Source of the DNA: an uncultured Candidatus Poseidoniales archaeon
Lineage (GTDB): Archaea; Thermoplasmatota; Poseidoniia; Poseidoniales; Thalassarchaeaceae
Direction: 5' to 3'
Length of the DNA: 55,983 bases
Assembly (NCBI GenBank): GCA_964645485.1
Contig: CAZXZO010000011.1
Coordinates: 1 to 55,983 of the forward strand
Below the pieces are notes generated by a model. That model was given only the letters and a program-made list of their open reading frames with translations. It was not told the DNA's origin and ran no database searches. Shown here piece after piece: positions 17,848 through 27,012 of the stretch (positions are counted from its first letter, which is position 1; each line of letters begins with the position of its first letter). The translations under genes and the position numbers were made by a program.

Positions 17848-20613
17848 TTGCCCTCAGGGCGGGTCTTAAGTGTGAGTGGGTTTGTCGCCTCTATAAGAGG
17901 CGGTAGTATGGGGGGACGTAATTCTGACAGCAGATTGCTCATAATTGCGCTTGCTTTTATTCTACTCGCTCCACTTGCGATAAGTTCTGCAAGCGCGGAT
18001 TCAGAGGATATTGAATTAGTGATTTCTATTTCTGAGCCAACAACCGGAGCAGATTGGTATGATGGCGGCGAATCCCTTTCAATCTCGATTTCTGTAAAGA
18101 ATTCTGGTGCAACTACTCAATCAATTGAGTACAATCCGTCGTGCCCTGTTGACATTGAAATTTTTGACAATAATGATGAATCATTCACAACCCTACGTGA
18201 GCACAGAGTTTGCCTTGAACAACGTCGAGCAATTGACATACCTGCTGGACAAACAAGAAGCCTTGATTCATTTGATTGGCAATGGCAAAACGCATCTGGG
18301 GCAGTCATTAGCAGTGGTGATATTACGGTTGATTTCAACTTTGAGTCAGGTTTAGCAACTCATGTACAACCTATACAATTCCAGCGCAGTCCTGTGTTAA
18401 TTGAAGACTTGGTATTACAAGTTAACACTGCCCTACCTATTAGTGGCGGCCTAGATTATTTGTCCGGAGAGAGCGTTTATTCTCATGTTTCACTAACCAA
18501 TAGTGGCACCAACCCGATAGCTGTTGACGCCGATGAAGGTTGTATGGTTACGATTCAAGTTAACTCAATAGCGACATCAAATCCACCTTCAATGACTGAC
18601 TTGAGTTGTAGTTCCGGGACTACACTTGGAATCGGTGAATCGGTTCCTTTGGGTTGGCTTATTTGGGACTTTACTTCGGAAGGTGAGCAACTTGAGGCCG
18701 GGCTATGGACGGTTGAAATTGCAACGACTGGATTGAGTGGTTTGGCAAGTTCCTTTGATGCTACATTAGCAAGCAGTGAGACTAGGCCCGAGGCTTTAGT
18801 TGAGGTTGCAGTTAGTTTACTCGGTGATGATGAACAAGATGGAATCATTACCGAAACCGATAATATTCAAGTAAAAACTGAGTTAGTGAATTCAGCCGAT
18901 GTGCCTGCTGAGTTACAATTCAACAGTAGTTGTCTAGTTCAAATCCAATTAATTTCCGAAGAAGGAATGATAACCAAGGATTCAAGATTGAATGAAAACT
19001 GTGAAACCGAATTTTCTGAATTAAAAATTGATCCTAATAGCCAGTTTATGATTGACCAGAGAATATGGTCGATGAATGCAGACAGTAATTGTGAACTCAA
19101 TGATGGCTCTTATTTGATGTTGGTAACAATGCCTGAATATGGAATTACTACTGAATATCTAATTGATTACGATGGCAGCGATAGCGGACCTGCTTGTTTA
19201 GCATCTATGCAAGACACTAGCCTAGCCCAATTCAGAGTAACTGAATTAATCACTAACAATCCTAGGACATTCGAAGAATCAATTACTTTCCAAATCCAAC
19301 TAGAAAACCAAGTTGACTTGGATATCCATTGGCCTCAAGAATGTCACTTAGCCTTCACTCTACAAAGAATTGGTGATTCCCAACCCCATCAAATATGGAA
19401 TGAACAGTGTGGGGAAGCGGCTGGGGTTGTAGAGACAATTGCCGCTGGAAATGGCATACCATTTGACCCATTTACAATTGAGTTTGGTGAACTGAACCAA
19501 GGGACATGGTCTATTTTCATAGAGACCACTGGTACACCTAAATTCACAACACAATTAGCCCATACTTGGAACCCGCCTGTCATTGAAGAAGAGCAGAATT
19601 CCGAAGATGAAACTGTCAGCGAAGTTGCAGATGAAACAATCGTTCAAGAAGATGCTATTCTAATGAGTTGGATGGCAGAAGGTAATTGGCAATATGTCAC
19701 AACTGATTTTGGTGGATGCTGGATTCTAATTGATGTTGATGGAAATGAACACGCTTTCTCATCTTCCCTGGTAAATGACTGGAAACCACTTCCAAATCAC
19801 AGAGGAGCATATTGGGTTGAGGAAACTGTCGACACATCAACTGCTTGCTCAAGTTGGGAATCTCACATCGTTGTAGTTGACGTGCTAGGTGAAGCGCAAA
19901 GCGCTCCAGCAGAAACTAACTCTGACAATGAGGTGGCATCTGAAACCCCAGTAATTTCTATTCCTACTGCAGCACCAACAATCGTCGCTTTGGTTGCATC
20001 AACTAGTTTACTCGCACTAATTGCTGGCGCTTTGACTCAAGTTGAGTGGATTCGACTTCCAGCAACAAAGTATGGCCTGGCTCTTCTAGGAATGGTTCGC
20101 AGGACCAAGGAATCAGGTGGAGAGTACCAGAGAGGTAGAATTGTTGCCTACATTGAATTGCACAGAGGTATTCACTTCAGGGCGTTACTTGGGGCATTAG
20201 AAATGTCGAATGGGCAACTGACCCACCATCTTTCGGTCTTGGAATCTGATGAAAGAGTTTGGCGGCGAAAGGATGGGCGTAAAGTAAGATATTACCCCGC
20301 TTCCATTGACTCAAGAACTGAGGATGATGATTTGCCAGTTCCAGTATTAACTCCCGACCCGAACAGTCTACAGGGGAAAATTCTGCAAATCCTTGACATT
20401 CACGAAAATGAAATCCTAAATCTTTCACAGAAAGAATTGTCTGACAAATTGGAAACCAGCCAGCAATTGGTATCATACCATCTCAAATCATTAGAAGATT
20501 GGGGCCTAGTTGAGAAAGAGAGAGTTGCCATGCGTTATCGATACCGATTGACTGACCGAGCACTGATTCTGCTGAACTCTAGCGACTTCCCATCTTTACT
20601 TGATGAGGTATGA
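17848..20613 (+). CDS. Membrane-spanning protein: large extracellular Ig-like region plus cytoplasmic tandem winged-helix domains
   Basis: Signal peptide (likely start ATG 17908), Cys-paired beta-rich repeats, TM, then GIHFRALL...GQLTHHL and LSQKELS...LVSYHL helix-turn-helix units. Confidence 0.8.
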   Translation: MPSGRVLSVSGFVASIRGGSMGGRNSDSRLLIIALAFILLAPLAISSASADSEDIELVISISEPTTGADWYDGGESLSISISVKNSGATTQSIEYNPSCPVDIEIFDNNDESFTTLREHRVCLEQRRAIDIPAGQTRSLDSFDWQWQNASGAVISSGDITVDFNFESGLATHVQPIQFQRSPVLIEDLVLQVNTALPISGGLDYLSGESVYSHVSLTNSGTNPIAVDADEGCMVTIQVNSIATSNPPSMTDLSCSSGTTLGIGESVPLGWLIWDFTSEGEQLEAGLWTVEIATTGLSGLASSFDATLASSETRPEALVEVAVSLLGDDEQDGIITETDNIQVKTELVNSADVPAELQFNSSCLVQIQLISEEGMITKDSRLNENCETEFSELKIDPNSQFMIDQRIWSMNADSNCELNDGSYLMLVTMPEYGITTEYLIDYDGSDSGPACLASMQDTSLAQFRVTELITNNPRTFEESITFQIQLENQVDLDIHWPQECHLAFTLQRIGDSQPHQIWNEQCGEAAGVVETIAAGNGIPFDPFTIEFGELNQGTWSIFIETTGTPKFTTQLAHTWNPPVIEEEQNSEDETVSEVADETIVQEDAILMSWMAEGNWQYVTTDFGGCWILIDVDGNEHAFSSSLVNDWKPLPNHRGAYWVEETVDTSTACSSWESHIVVVDVLGEAQSAPAETNSDNEVASETPVISIPTAAPTIVALVASTSLLALIAGALTQVEWIRLPATKYGLALLGMVRRTKESGGEYQRGRIVAYIELHRGIHFRALLGALEMSNGQLTHHLSVLESDERVWRRKDGRKVRYYPASIDSRTEDDDLPVPVLTPDPNSLQGKILQILDIHENEILNLSQKELSDKLETSQQLVSYHLKSLEDWGLVEKERVAMRYRYRLTDRALILLNSSDFPSLLDEV

Positions 20614-20691
20614 TAATTCCGTTCCTTTGATAGCGGACGGTTGATTCGGCCATTCAATAACGAATGTTGATGTCGTTGACGGGTTGATTGT

Positions 20692-23526
20692 ATGGAGGAG
20701 GTATTCTCGCCTGCAAACATTGAACAGAAATGGCAAAAGAGATGGTTTGATGAAGAGATTTTCATTGCTCCAGTAGAGGCTGAAAAACCTAAATTCTACT
20801 GCTTAGAAATGTATCCATATCCATCTGGGAAAATGCATATTGGCCATGTAAGAAACTATTCGATTGGAGATGCTGTTGCTCGTTATCGACGGGCAAGAGG
20901 ATTCAATGTCATCTACCCAATGGGTTTCGATTCTTTTGGAATGCCTGCTGAAAATGCTGCAATAAAAGAAGGTGGCCACCCAAGAGATATCACAGACCGA
21001 AATATCGCTAGCATCAAATCTGACTTCCAGCAAATGGGATTTTCACACGATTGGAATCGTCAAGTTATGAGTCATGACCCTAATTATTATCGATGGAACC
21101 AATGGTTTTTTCTGAAATTTTACGAGAGTGGATTGGCATACCGAACTTTTGCCAATGTCAACTGGTGTGAACAGTGTAACACCGTTTTAGCAAACGAACA
21201 AGTGCATAATGGGAGGTGCTGGAGATGTTCGAGTGAAGTTGCTCAAAGAGACATGGACCAATGGTTTTTGAAAATCACGGACTATGCCCAAGAACTGCTT
21301 GACTCACTAGAGGAAATACAATTCCCTAACCATGTTAAAGCACTACAAAAAGACTGGATGGGTCGTTCAGAAGGTGCACAGATTAAGTTCAAAGTGGAAG
21401 ATGATGATGCTCTTGAAATAGAAGCATTTACCACTCGGCCTGATACTATTTTTGGTGTGACATTTGTAACTCTGGCTCCTGAAAATCCTCTATGTGGTGC
21501 CTTGGTTGAAGGACACGAAAATGAACAGGCATGGCGGGAAATGGAGAAGGAAGCAAAGCAACTTTCCGACATGGATAGAGGCATGTTGAAGAAGAAAAAG
21601 GGTGTATTTCTTGGCCGCCATGCTATTAATCCCCTGAGTGGAGAGAAAATACCAATTTATGCTGGTAATTTCGTTATCGCTTCATATGGCACGGGCTCAG
21701 TAATGGCCGTACCTGGTCATGACCAACGCGACTTTGACTTCGCCACTGAGCACAACCTACCGATTACACGCGTTTTGTTAGAAGATGGGGCTGACAACGA
21801 TGCCCCACTTACCCAAGCCTTCGAAGGCTATGGAAAAATGACAAATTCCGCCCGAGATGGGTTTGATGGTTTGAGCGGAGATGAGGCTAAGAGGGCTGTC
21901 ATTGATGCACTCGAGAGTGAAGATTCAGGGCACGGGATGGTTCAATGGAAAATTCGTGACTGGTTGATTTCAAGGCAGAGGTATTGGGGTACTCCAATCC
22001 CTATAATCCACTGTGAAGAGTGCGGTGCTGTCCCCGTTCGAGAAGATGAATTGCCTGTTATGTTACCAGATGATGTTGTCTTTAGTGGAACGGGAAATCC
22101 AATGGAAACATCGGAATCATTCCTCAATGTGAATTGTCCAACCTGTGGAATTCCGGCTCGGAGAGAAACCGACACAATGGATACATTTGTGGATTCTTCT
22201 TGGTATTTTATGCGCTACACCGACGCGCAAAACTCTGAATCATGTTTTAGTGAAGCAGCAGCAGATTACTGGATGAATGTTGACTTTTATTGTGGTGGAA
22301 TTGAACACGCACAAATGCACTTAATCTACGCTAGATTTTGGACTAAAGCATTGAGAGATATGGGGTTGCATCGTTTTGATGAACCATTTGAGGAATTATT
22401 ATGCCAAGGAATGGTTAATGCCCAAGCACCATTTTGTGCTCCTTGTAACATAACTCACCCTGTAAGTGAAAGAGGTAATGCTTGCCCTTATTGTTCTGGT
22501 GAGTTGACAGAGCGCAGTGCCAAAATGAGTAAATCTCTGGGCAATACTGTCGGACCAGTTTCAATGATTGAACAATATGGTGCAGACACTGTGAGATTGT
22601 TCATTTTGTTTGCAGCCCAGCCCACGGCTGGAATGGATTGGTCTGATAGCGGGGTGGAATCTTGTTTCAAACAGATGAAAGCGATTTGGAATTTGAGCCG
22701 TGAAATGTTATCATGGGGAAACGATGATTCACCAATTGATGATTGGTTGAGAACCCAATTTGAAACACGTACAACTGAATGGGTTTCAGCAATGGAATCC
22801 GTTGATTTACGGGCTGGAGTCATGCTAAGTCATTATGACATTTATTCCGACCTTGTTTGGTACCAACGACGTGGTGGGTGTAATAGTGAGTTGGCCAGAA
22901 CACTACTACTCGATTGGGCTAAAATGATGCATCCTGCGACCCCTCATCTTGCTGAAGAACTTTGGGAGTTAGCAGGAGGTGAAGGCCTGGTTGCCATCCA
23001 AACACTCGGGTTTGATGAGCATGCAAATGGGGAGACTGAGGGGATAAATCCAGTCTTGGCTCGTGAAATTTTCTTGCAATCTGTTCTAGATCAGGCTCGC
23101 CAAATGAAAGGTTTAGCACAACGACATCTTGAGGATGATGCAACATCTGTTACCTTCCAAATCGCTGAGGATTGGAAAGGACAACTAGTTCGGACGGGTA
23201 TTGAATTACTAGAGAATGAGTTCCCAATGAAAGGCGCGATGGGCGAGATTATGTCACGACCTTTTACCCAAGAAGGAGAAGTGAGAGGACAAGTTCCTGG
23301 GGCTTGGAAACGAATAATGAAACAATTGTACAAATGGTCGCCAACCGAGAGAAGTGTGTTGAAAGTTAACCTTGATGAAGTACAAATCCTAACTGATGCT
23401 GAGGAATTCATTAGCAACGAGTTAGGTATTCAAGAGATTCATATTTACCGTGCTGGCGACGGCGAGGATGTTGGTGGGAAAGCGAAATTTGCTTACCCGT
23501 CAGAGCCGGGTATTGCCTATCTCTGA
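20692..23526 (+). CDS. leuS: Leucine--tRNA ligase
   Basis: PYPSGKMHIGH, TTRPDT editing motif, GTGSVMAVPGHDQRD, SRQRYWG, KMSKS. Confidence 0.97.
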   Translation: MEEVFSPANIEQKWQKRWFDEEIFIAPVEAEKPKFYCLEMYPYPSGKMHIGHVRNYSIGDAVARYRRARGFNVIYPMGFDSFGMPAENAAIKEGGHPRDITDRNIASIKSDFQQMGFSHDWNRQVMSHDPNYYRWNQWFFLKFYESGLAYRTFANVNWCEQCNTVLANEQVHNGRCWRCSSEVAQRDMDQWFLKITDYAQELLDSLEEIQFPNHVKALQKDWMGRSEGAQIKFKVEDDDALEIEAFTTRPDTIFGVTFVTLAPENPLCGALVEGHENEQAWREMEKEAKQLSDMDRGMLKKKKGVFLGRHAINPLSGEKIPIYAGNFVIASYGTGSVMAVPGHDQRDFDFATEHNLPITRVLLEDGADNDAPLTQAFEGYGKMTNSARDGFDGLSGDEAKRAVIDALESEDSGHGMVQWKIRDWLISRQRYWGTPIPIIHCEECGAVPVREDELPVMLPDDVVFSGTGNPMETSESFLNVNCPTCGIPARRETDTMDTFVDSSWYFMRYTDAQNSESCFSEAAADYWMNVDFYCGGIEHAQMHLIYARFWTKALRDMGLHRFDEPFEELLCQGMVNAQAPFCAPCNITHPVSERGNACPYCSGELTERSAKMSKSLGNTVGPVSMIEQYGADTVRLFILFAAQPTAGMDWSDSGVESCFKQMKAIWNLSREMLSWGNDDSPIDDWLRTQFETRTTEWVSAMESVDLRAGVMLSHYDIYSDLVWYQRRGGCNSELARTLLLDWAKMMHPATPHLAEELWELAGGEGLVAIQTLGFDEHANGETEGINPVLAREIFLQSVLDQARQMKGLAQRHLEDDATSVTFQIAEDWKGQLVRTGIELLENEFPMKGAMGEIMSRPFTQEGEVRGQVPGAWKRIMKQLYKWSPTERSVLKVNLDEVQILTDAEEFISNELGIQEIHIYRAGDGEDVGGKAKFAYPSEPGIAYL

Positions 23527-23591
23527 TTCTGTAACATAGCCCCTTGATTGAGCCGGAGGTTGAAAAGGGAGGGGCTTCTCGCTTAGCATAA

Positions 23592-24680
23592 GTGAACAGA
23601 AGTAACGAACAAGACGACAACCACCGACCGAAGAAAAACAACCGTGATAAGAAGCAGAGCGGCGATTCCAAAAAAGGAAACAAGAAAAGTCGCTCAAATT
23701 CTCGCCGAGGCGGTAGTGGTGGTGGGCAGAATAGCCAATCAACTGCCCGAATTAAAGAAGCAAAGGAACGGGCTGAGGCTAGATTTTCCGTCAATCCTAA
23801 ACCATTGGGTTTTCCTGAAGAATTGGAAGCCCCAAGTAAGGTGTCAGTTCAATGGGAGACTACTCCAATAAAACAACGCACAGAACGTCAAGCTTGTGAT
23901 TTAGTAATGATTCCAGGTGAATGGGGATTCCTAGATGATGATGCTGTGGATGGGATGGGCGAGCGCTTGGAAAAGCATAACATGAGTGTTGACCAAGGTC
24001 TATCATTGCGCAAAGCATTGATGCAAGAGAAGGCCGTTTACGGCCATTATAAAATGATGAATAAGTCAAAAACGTTCCATAAAAGATATGAAAATGGTGA
24101 AAGTATTCTACAACTCTCAAGACAATTTGACTTTCCGCCGGTTGCGATATTTAGAGCAATACTCACTGCCCGTGGGTGGTCAAAAGTGAAGATTCGAGAC
24201 TCTCTAAGAGCGCCTGATAGATTGCTTTCAAAACGCGATGCTGCAGAGTTTCATGAAGCGGAAGAAAAAGACCGCGTGACAAATGTCGACCAAGGTGAAA
24301 CTGCAGTACGAGCAGATTTGTTTGAGGATGTTGTTGGCAATTACCTCGACACTTTAGGTATCAAATACCGCCGCCAAGAAGAGTTGCTAAGTGAGCAACA
24401 AAAAGAACATGGTAGGCCACTGAATACTCCAGATTTTCTAATAATGGATGATTTGAAGGTTAATGGTAAGTCGATTGCTTGGATTGACGCTAAGAATTTC
24501 TATGGTGCAAACGTATCATTTGCTAAGAAGAAAACTAAGAAACAAATGAATCGATATATCGATGAATGGGGTTCAGGTGCAATCGTTTACCGGCATGGAT
24601 TCTGTGAGGCAATGAAAATTCCCGGGGTCTTAATGTTAGATGAAACACCCCTAGATATCACTATCATGTATGATGAGTGA
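23592..24680 (+). CDS. CDIN1/C15orf41-like (TPD family) PD-(D/E)XK nuclease
   Basis: NTPDFLI...WIDAKNFYG and QMNRYIDEWGSGAIVYRHGF, with a helical N-terminal region and a basic disordered N-terminus; GTG start. Confidence 0.8.
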   Translation: MNRSNEQDDNHRPKKNNRDKKQSGDSKKGNKKSRSNSRRGGSGGGQNSQSTARIKEAKERAEARFSVNPKPLGFPEELEAPSKVSVQWETTPIKQRTERQACDLVMIPGEWGFLDDDAVDGMGERLEKHNMSVDQGLSLRKALMQEKAVYGHYKMMNKSKTFHKRYENGESILQLSRQFDFPPVAIFRAILTARGWSKVKIRDSLRAPDRLLSKRDAAEFHEAEEKDRVTNVDQGETAVRADLFEDVVGNYLDTLGIKYRRQEELLSEQQKEHGRPLNTPDFLIMDDLKVNGKSIAWIDAKNFYGANVSFAKKKTKKQMNRYIDEWGSGAIVYRHGFCEAMKIPGVLMLDETPLDITIMYDE

Positions 24681-24687
24681 TGGGGAA

Positions 24688-25677
24688 TTATCTCAGCGAC
24701 GTTTCTGATAATGAAACCTCAATTGATTTCAATCCCATCAAATTAAACTGTTCAATCATGTTTAACATCTCATCGTTATTGAATCCTGATTCAAGTGATG
24801 TTGGTAAAATAACAAGGCTTTCTCCAAGCATGCAAAGATGTGGTGAGGCTGATGTGCCAGCGAGTGAAATCGCCTCGCTTGCAATCTGTAACAGTTCGGC
24901 TCTGCCTGCATCCGATGCCAACTGTGAGTTTGTTGCAAAGGCAGTAGAGGCAGCAAGGATTTCTGCCCAGCGCGTTTCGTCCCAATCACCTGTTTTCAAG
25001 CCAGATAATTGTTCTTCTCCGCTCTTGCGAATACGCGTTTTCCAACCTTCATCATCAATGTATGAGGATGTGTGACGTGTGGTTCTGTCTCGCCACGCTA
25101 CTAACATTTTGAGGTCTTGATGCCAGCCGTCTACTACTCCTGAACCCCCCAATTTTTCGCTCACTCGCGGGCATCCTGGTTCTCTTCTGAGGTCTATTCC
25201 CCCAGCCCATAGTGCAGATATGTCACCGAGTCCACCTGAGAGTATACGCTCGACCAAATGTGCTACATGAAAGGATTGAGAATGTGCGACTTGTTCTTCT
25301 ACACCCAATGCTCTCTGTAAAGCAAGGGCAGTGGCCAAGGCACCAGCGGCTGAGAGGCCAAACCCCTGTTGTTGGGGTAATCCACAACTCTGTTGAATTT
25401 GCCAATTATAATCTAAAACTGAAGGTACTAATTGAGAAAGTGTGTCAATTACTGTCTGCTGAAGGATTAAACTCTGGTCTTGAGATTTCTCAATGATTTT
25501 ACCCGAACCTAATTCACCAATCACGGTTATCTGGCATGTTGGCTGCGCCGAGTCAATACAAAGCCCGATTCCCCGGCTACCTTGATTGATTAATTCAGTA
25601 GCATCGTCCTGTACACTGAAAATTAGAGTAATGTGTCCCGATGAAGCGGCTTGCCCTGTAATCTCGGTCATCGTCAA
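24688..25677 (-). CDS. pok: Pantoate kinase (GHMP kinase family)
   Basis: GHITLIF, GSRGIGLC, QGFGLSAAGALA, AHLVE...GLGD, RREPG. Confidence 0.85.
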   Translation of the reverse strand: MTMTEITGQAASSGHITLIFSVQDDATELINQGSRGIGLCIDSAQPTCQITVIGELGSGKIIEKSQDQSLILQQTVIDTLSQLVPSVLDYNWQIQQSCGLPQQQGFGLSAAGALATALALQRALGVEEQVAHSQSFHVAHLVERILSGGLGDISALWAGGIDLRREPGCPRVSEKLGGSGVVDGWHQDLKMLVAWRDRTTRHTSSYIDDEGWKTRIRKSGEEQLSGLKTGDWDETRWAEILAASTAFATNSQLASDAGRAELLQIASEAISLAGTSASPHLCMLGESLVILPTSLESGFNNDEMLNMIEQFNLMGLKSIEVSLSETSLR

Positions 25678-25716
25678 TCACCCCGTAAGGGTAATTTGGC
25701 TTGGTCTTACCGACTC

Positions 25717-26610
25717 TCAAAGAGATTCTGCGAAGTCACTTGATAGTGATTCAAAGCGACCCGCTAATTCCTTACAGGCTTGATCTAAGCAAGTGCGGGC
25801 TGTCATTGAACCATCAGTCTCGAACTGGAAAATATATTCTCCTTCAACATCCTCTAAAGTAATCGCATCATTGAATTCTGCTTCTAAATCAGTTCCACTT
25901 CCAACATGGTTGAGGTCGTTTCTGAGCAAATCTACCTTATCGATATCATCGAGAATTCCATCTTTATTGAAATCCTTAGCAGTGATATTCAAATTAAGAT
26001 CAAAAAGCATCTTTGAGCGTGTCTTAACGTTCATTTTCCCGTTCTGACGTGAGTGGAATGTCACACCAGATACTGGTGAGTACTTGGCATGGTCTCTACC
26101 TCTACCCATTATTGCATAGAAGTATGCATGAAGCACTTGTCCTTCGAATAATTTTGTTAAAGGAATGGAACCATAGGCTTCTGGGATTTCTAATCGGCGG
26201 TCACCAATCACGTTTAACTCTGAAGCAACAACACTTCTTCCACCCGCTTCACCGCTAGATGAAATCGTGTAGATAATCTGACATGAAGGGCAGCCACGTT
26301 GATCAACTACCATGTCTTTACAATCAGGACATTCGTCTTGGAAGTAAAAGTCATCATGGAAGGTTGGGATTGGAAGCATTGAGAATCTATGTGCGAGTTG
26401 TTCATCACTGATCGCATAATTTGACTCAAATAATTCGCCAGTCTCTTCATCTTTGAAAACACCGAGTTCAACTCTCATTTGGTCAATGGCGAATTTTGGT
26501 ACATCAGCAATCATAGTCCTGCGTAGGGAATTTACGAATGCTCGGTTAACTCCTGAAAAGAGAATCCTTAGTGAAGTATCTGTTTCTGAAAGAACTTTTA
26601 ATTTTACCAT
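25717..26610 (-). CDS. rpoD: DNA-directed RNA polymerase subunit D (Rpo3)
   Basis: NSLRRTMIADVPKFAID, LAHRFSMLP, GRGRDHAKYSP, FQFETDGS; follows rps11. Confidence 0.95.
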   Translation of the reverse strand: MVKLKVLSETDTSLRILFSGVNRAFVNSLRRTMIADVPKFAIDQMRVELGVFKDEETGELFESNYAISDEQLAHRFSMLPIPTFHDDFYFQDECPDCKDMVVDQRGCPSCQIIYTISSSGEAGGRSVVASELNVIGDRRLEIPEAYGSIPLTKLFEGQVLHAYFYAIMGRGRDHAKYSPVSGVTFHSRQNGKMNVKTRSKMLFDLNLNITAKDFNKDGILDDIDKVDLLRNDLNHVGSGTDLEAEFNDAITLEDVEGEYIFQFETDGSMTARTCLDQACKELAGRFESLSSDFAESL

Positions 26611-26628
26611 CTTTAATACACCTCTGAA

Positions 26629-27012
26629 TCAAACCCTTCGGCCTCTACGACCGCCCTTTCGCTTTGTACCATCATGTGGACGTGGGGTACAATCCTCTAT
26701 TCTAGCAACTTGAATGCCAGCACGTGTCAGGCTTCTGACTGCCTGTTGTGCTCCTGGACCTGTGTTTGGGCTCTTGTTTCCACCTTGGCCACGGTATCGA
26801 ACAATTGCTTGTGAGAATCCTTTGTCTTGGATAGATTCTGCAATTCGTTCTGCAGCTCTAATTGCTGCAAACTGACTGCCCTTGTCGCTACCTTTCTTGG
26901 TTACTTGGCCACCGCTACACTTAGCAATGGTTTCTGCACCTGTTTGGTCAGTGGCAGTCATGAGAATATTGTTGTAAGAACTGTAAATATTGATGATACA
27001 CTTACGAGACAT
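26629..27012 (-). CDS. rps11: 30S ribosomal protein uS11
   Basis: TPGPGAQ-like PNTGPGAQ, RIEDCTPRPHDG, KGGRRGRRV. Confidence 0.97.
   Translation of the reverse strand: MSRKCIINIYSSYNNILMTATDQTGAETIAKCSGGQVTKKGSDKGSQFAAIRAAERIAESIQDKGFSQAIVRYRGQGGNKSPNTGPGAQQAVRSLTRAGIQVARIEDCTPRPHDGTKRKGGRRGRRV

Noticed and set aside
23538-23576. AGCCCCT/AGGGGCT inverted repeat after leuS
   Set aside because: Only 7 bp with a 25-nt loop and no T-tract.
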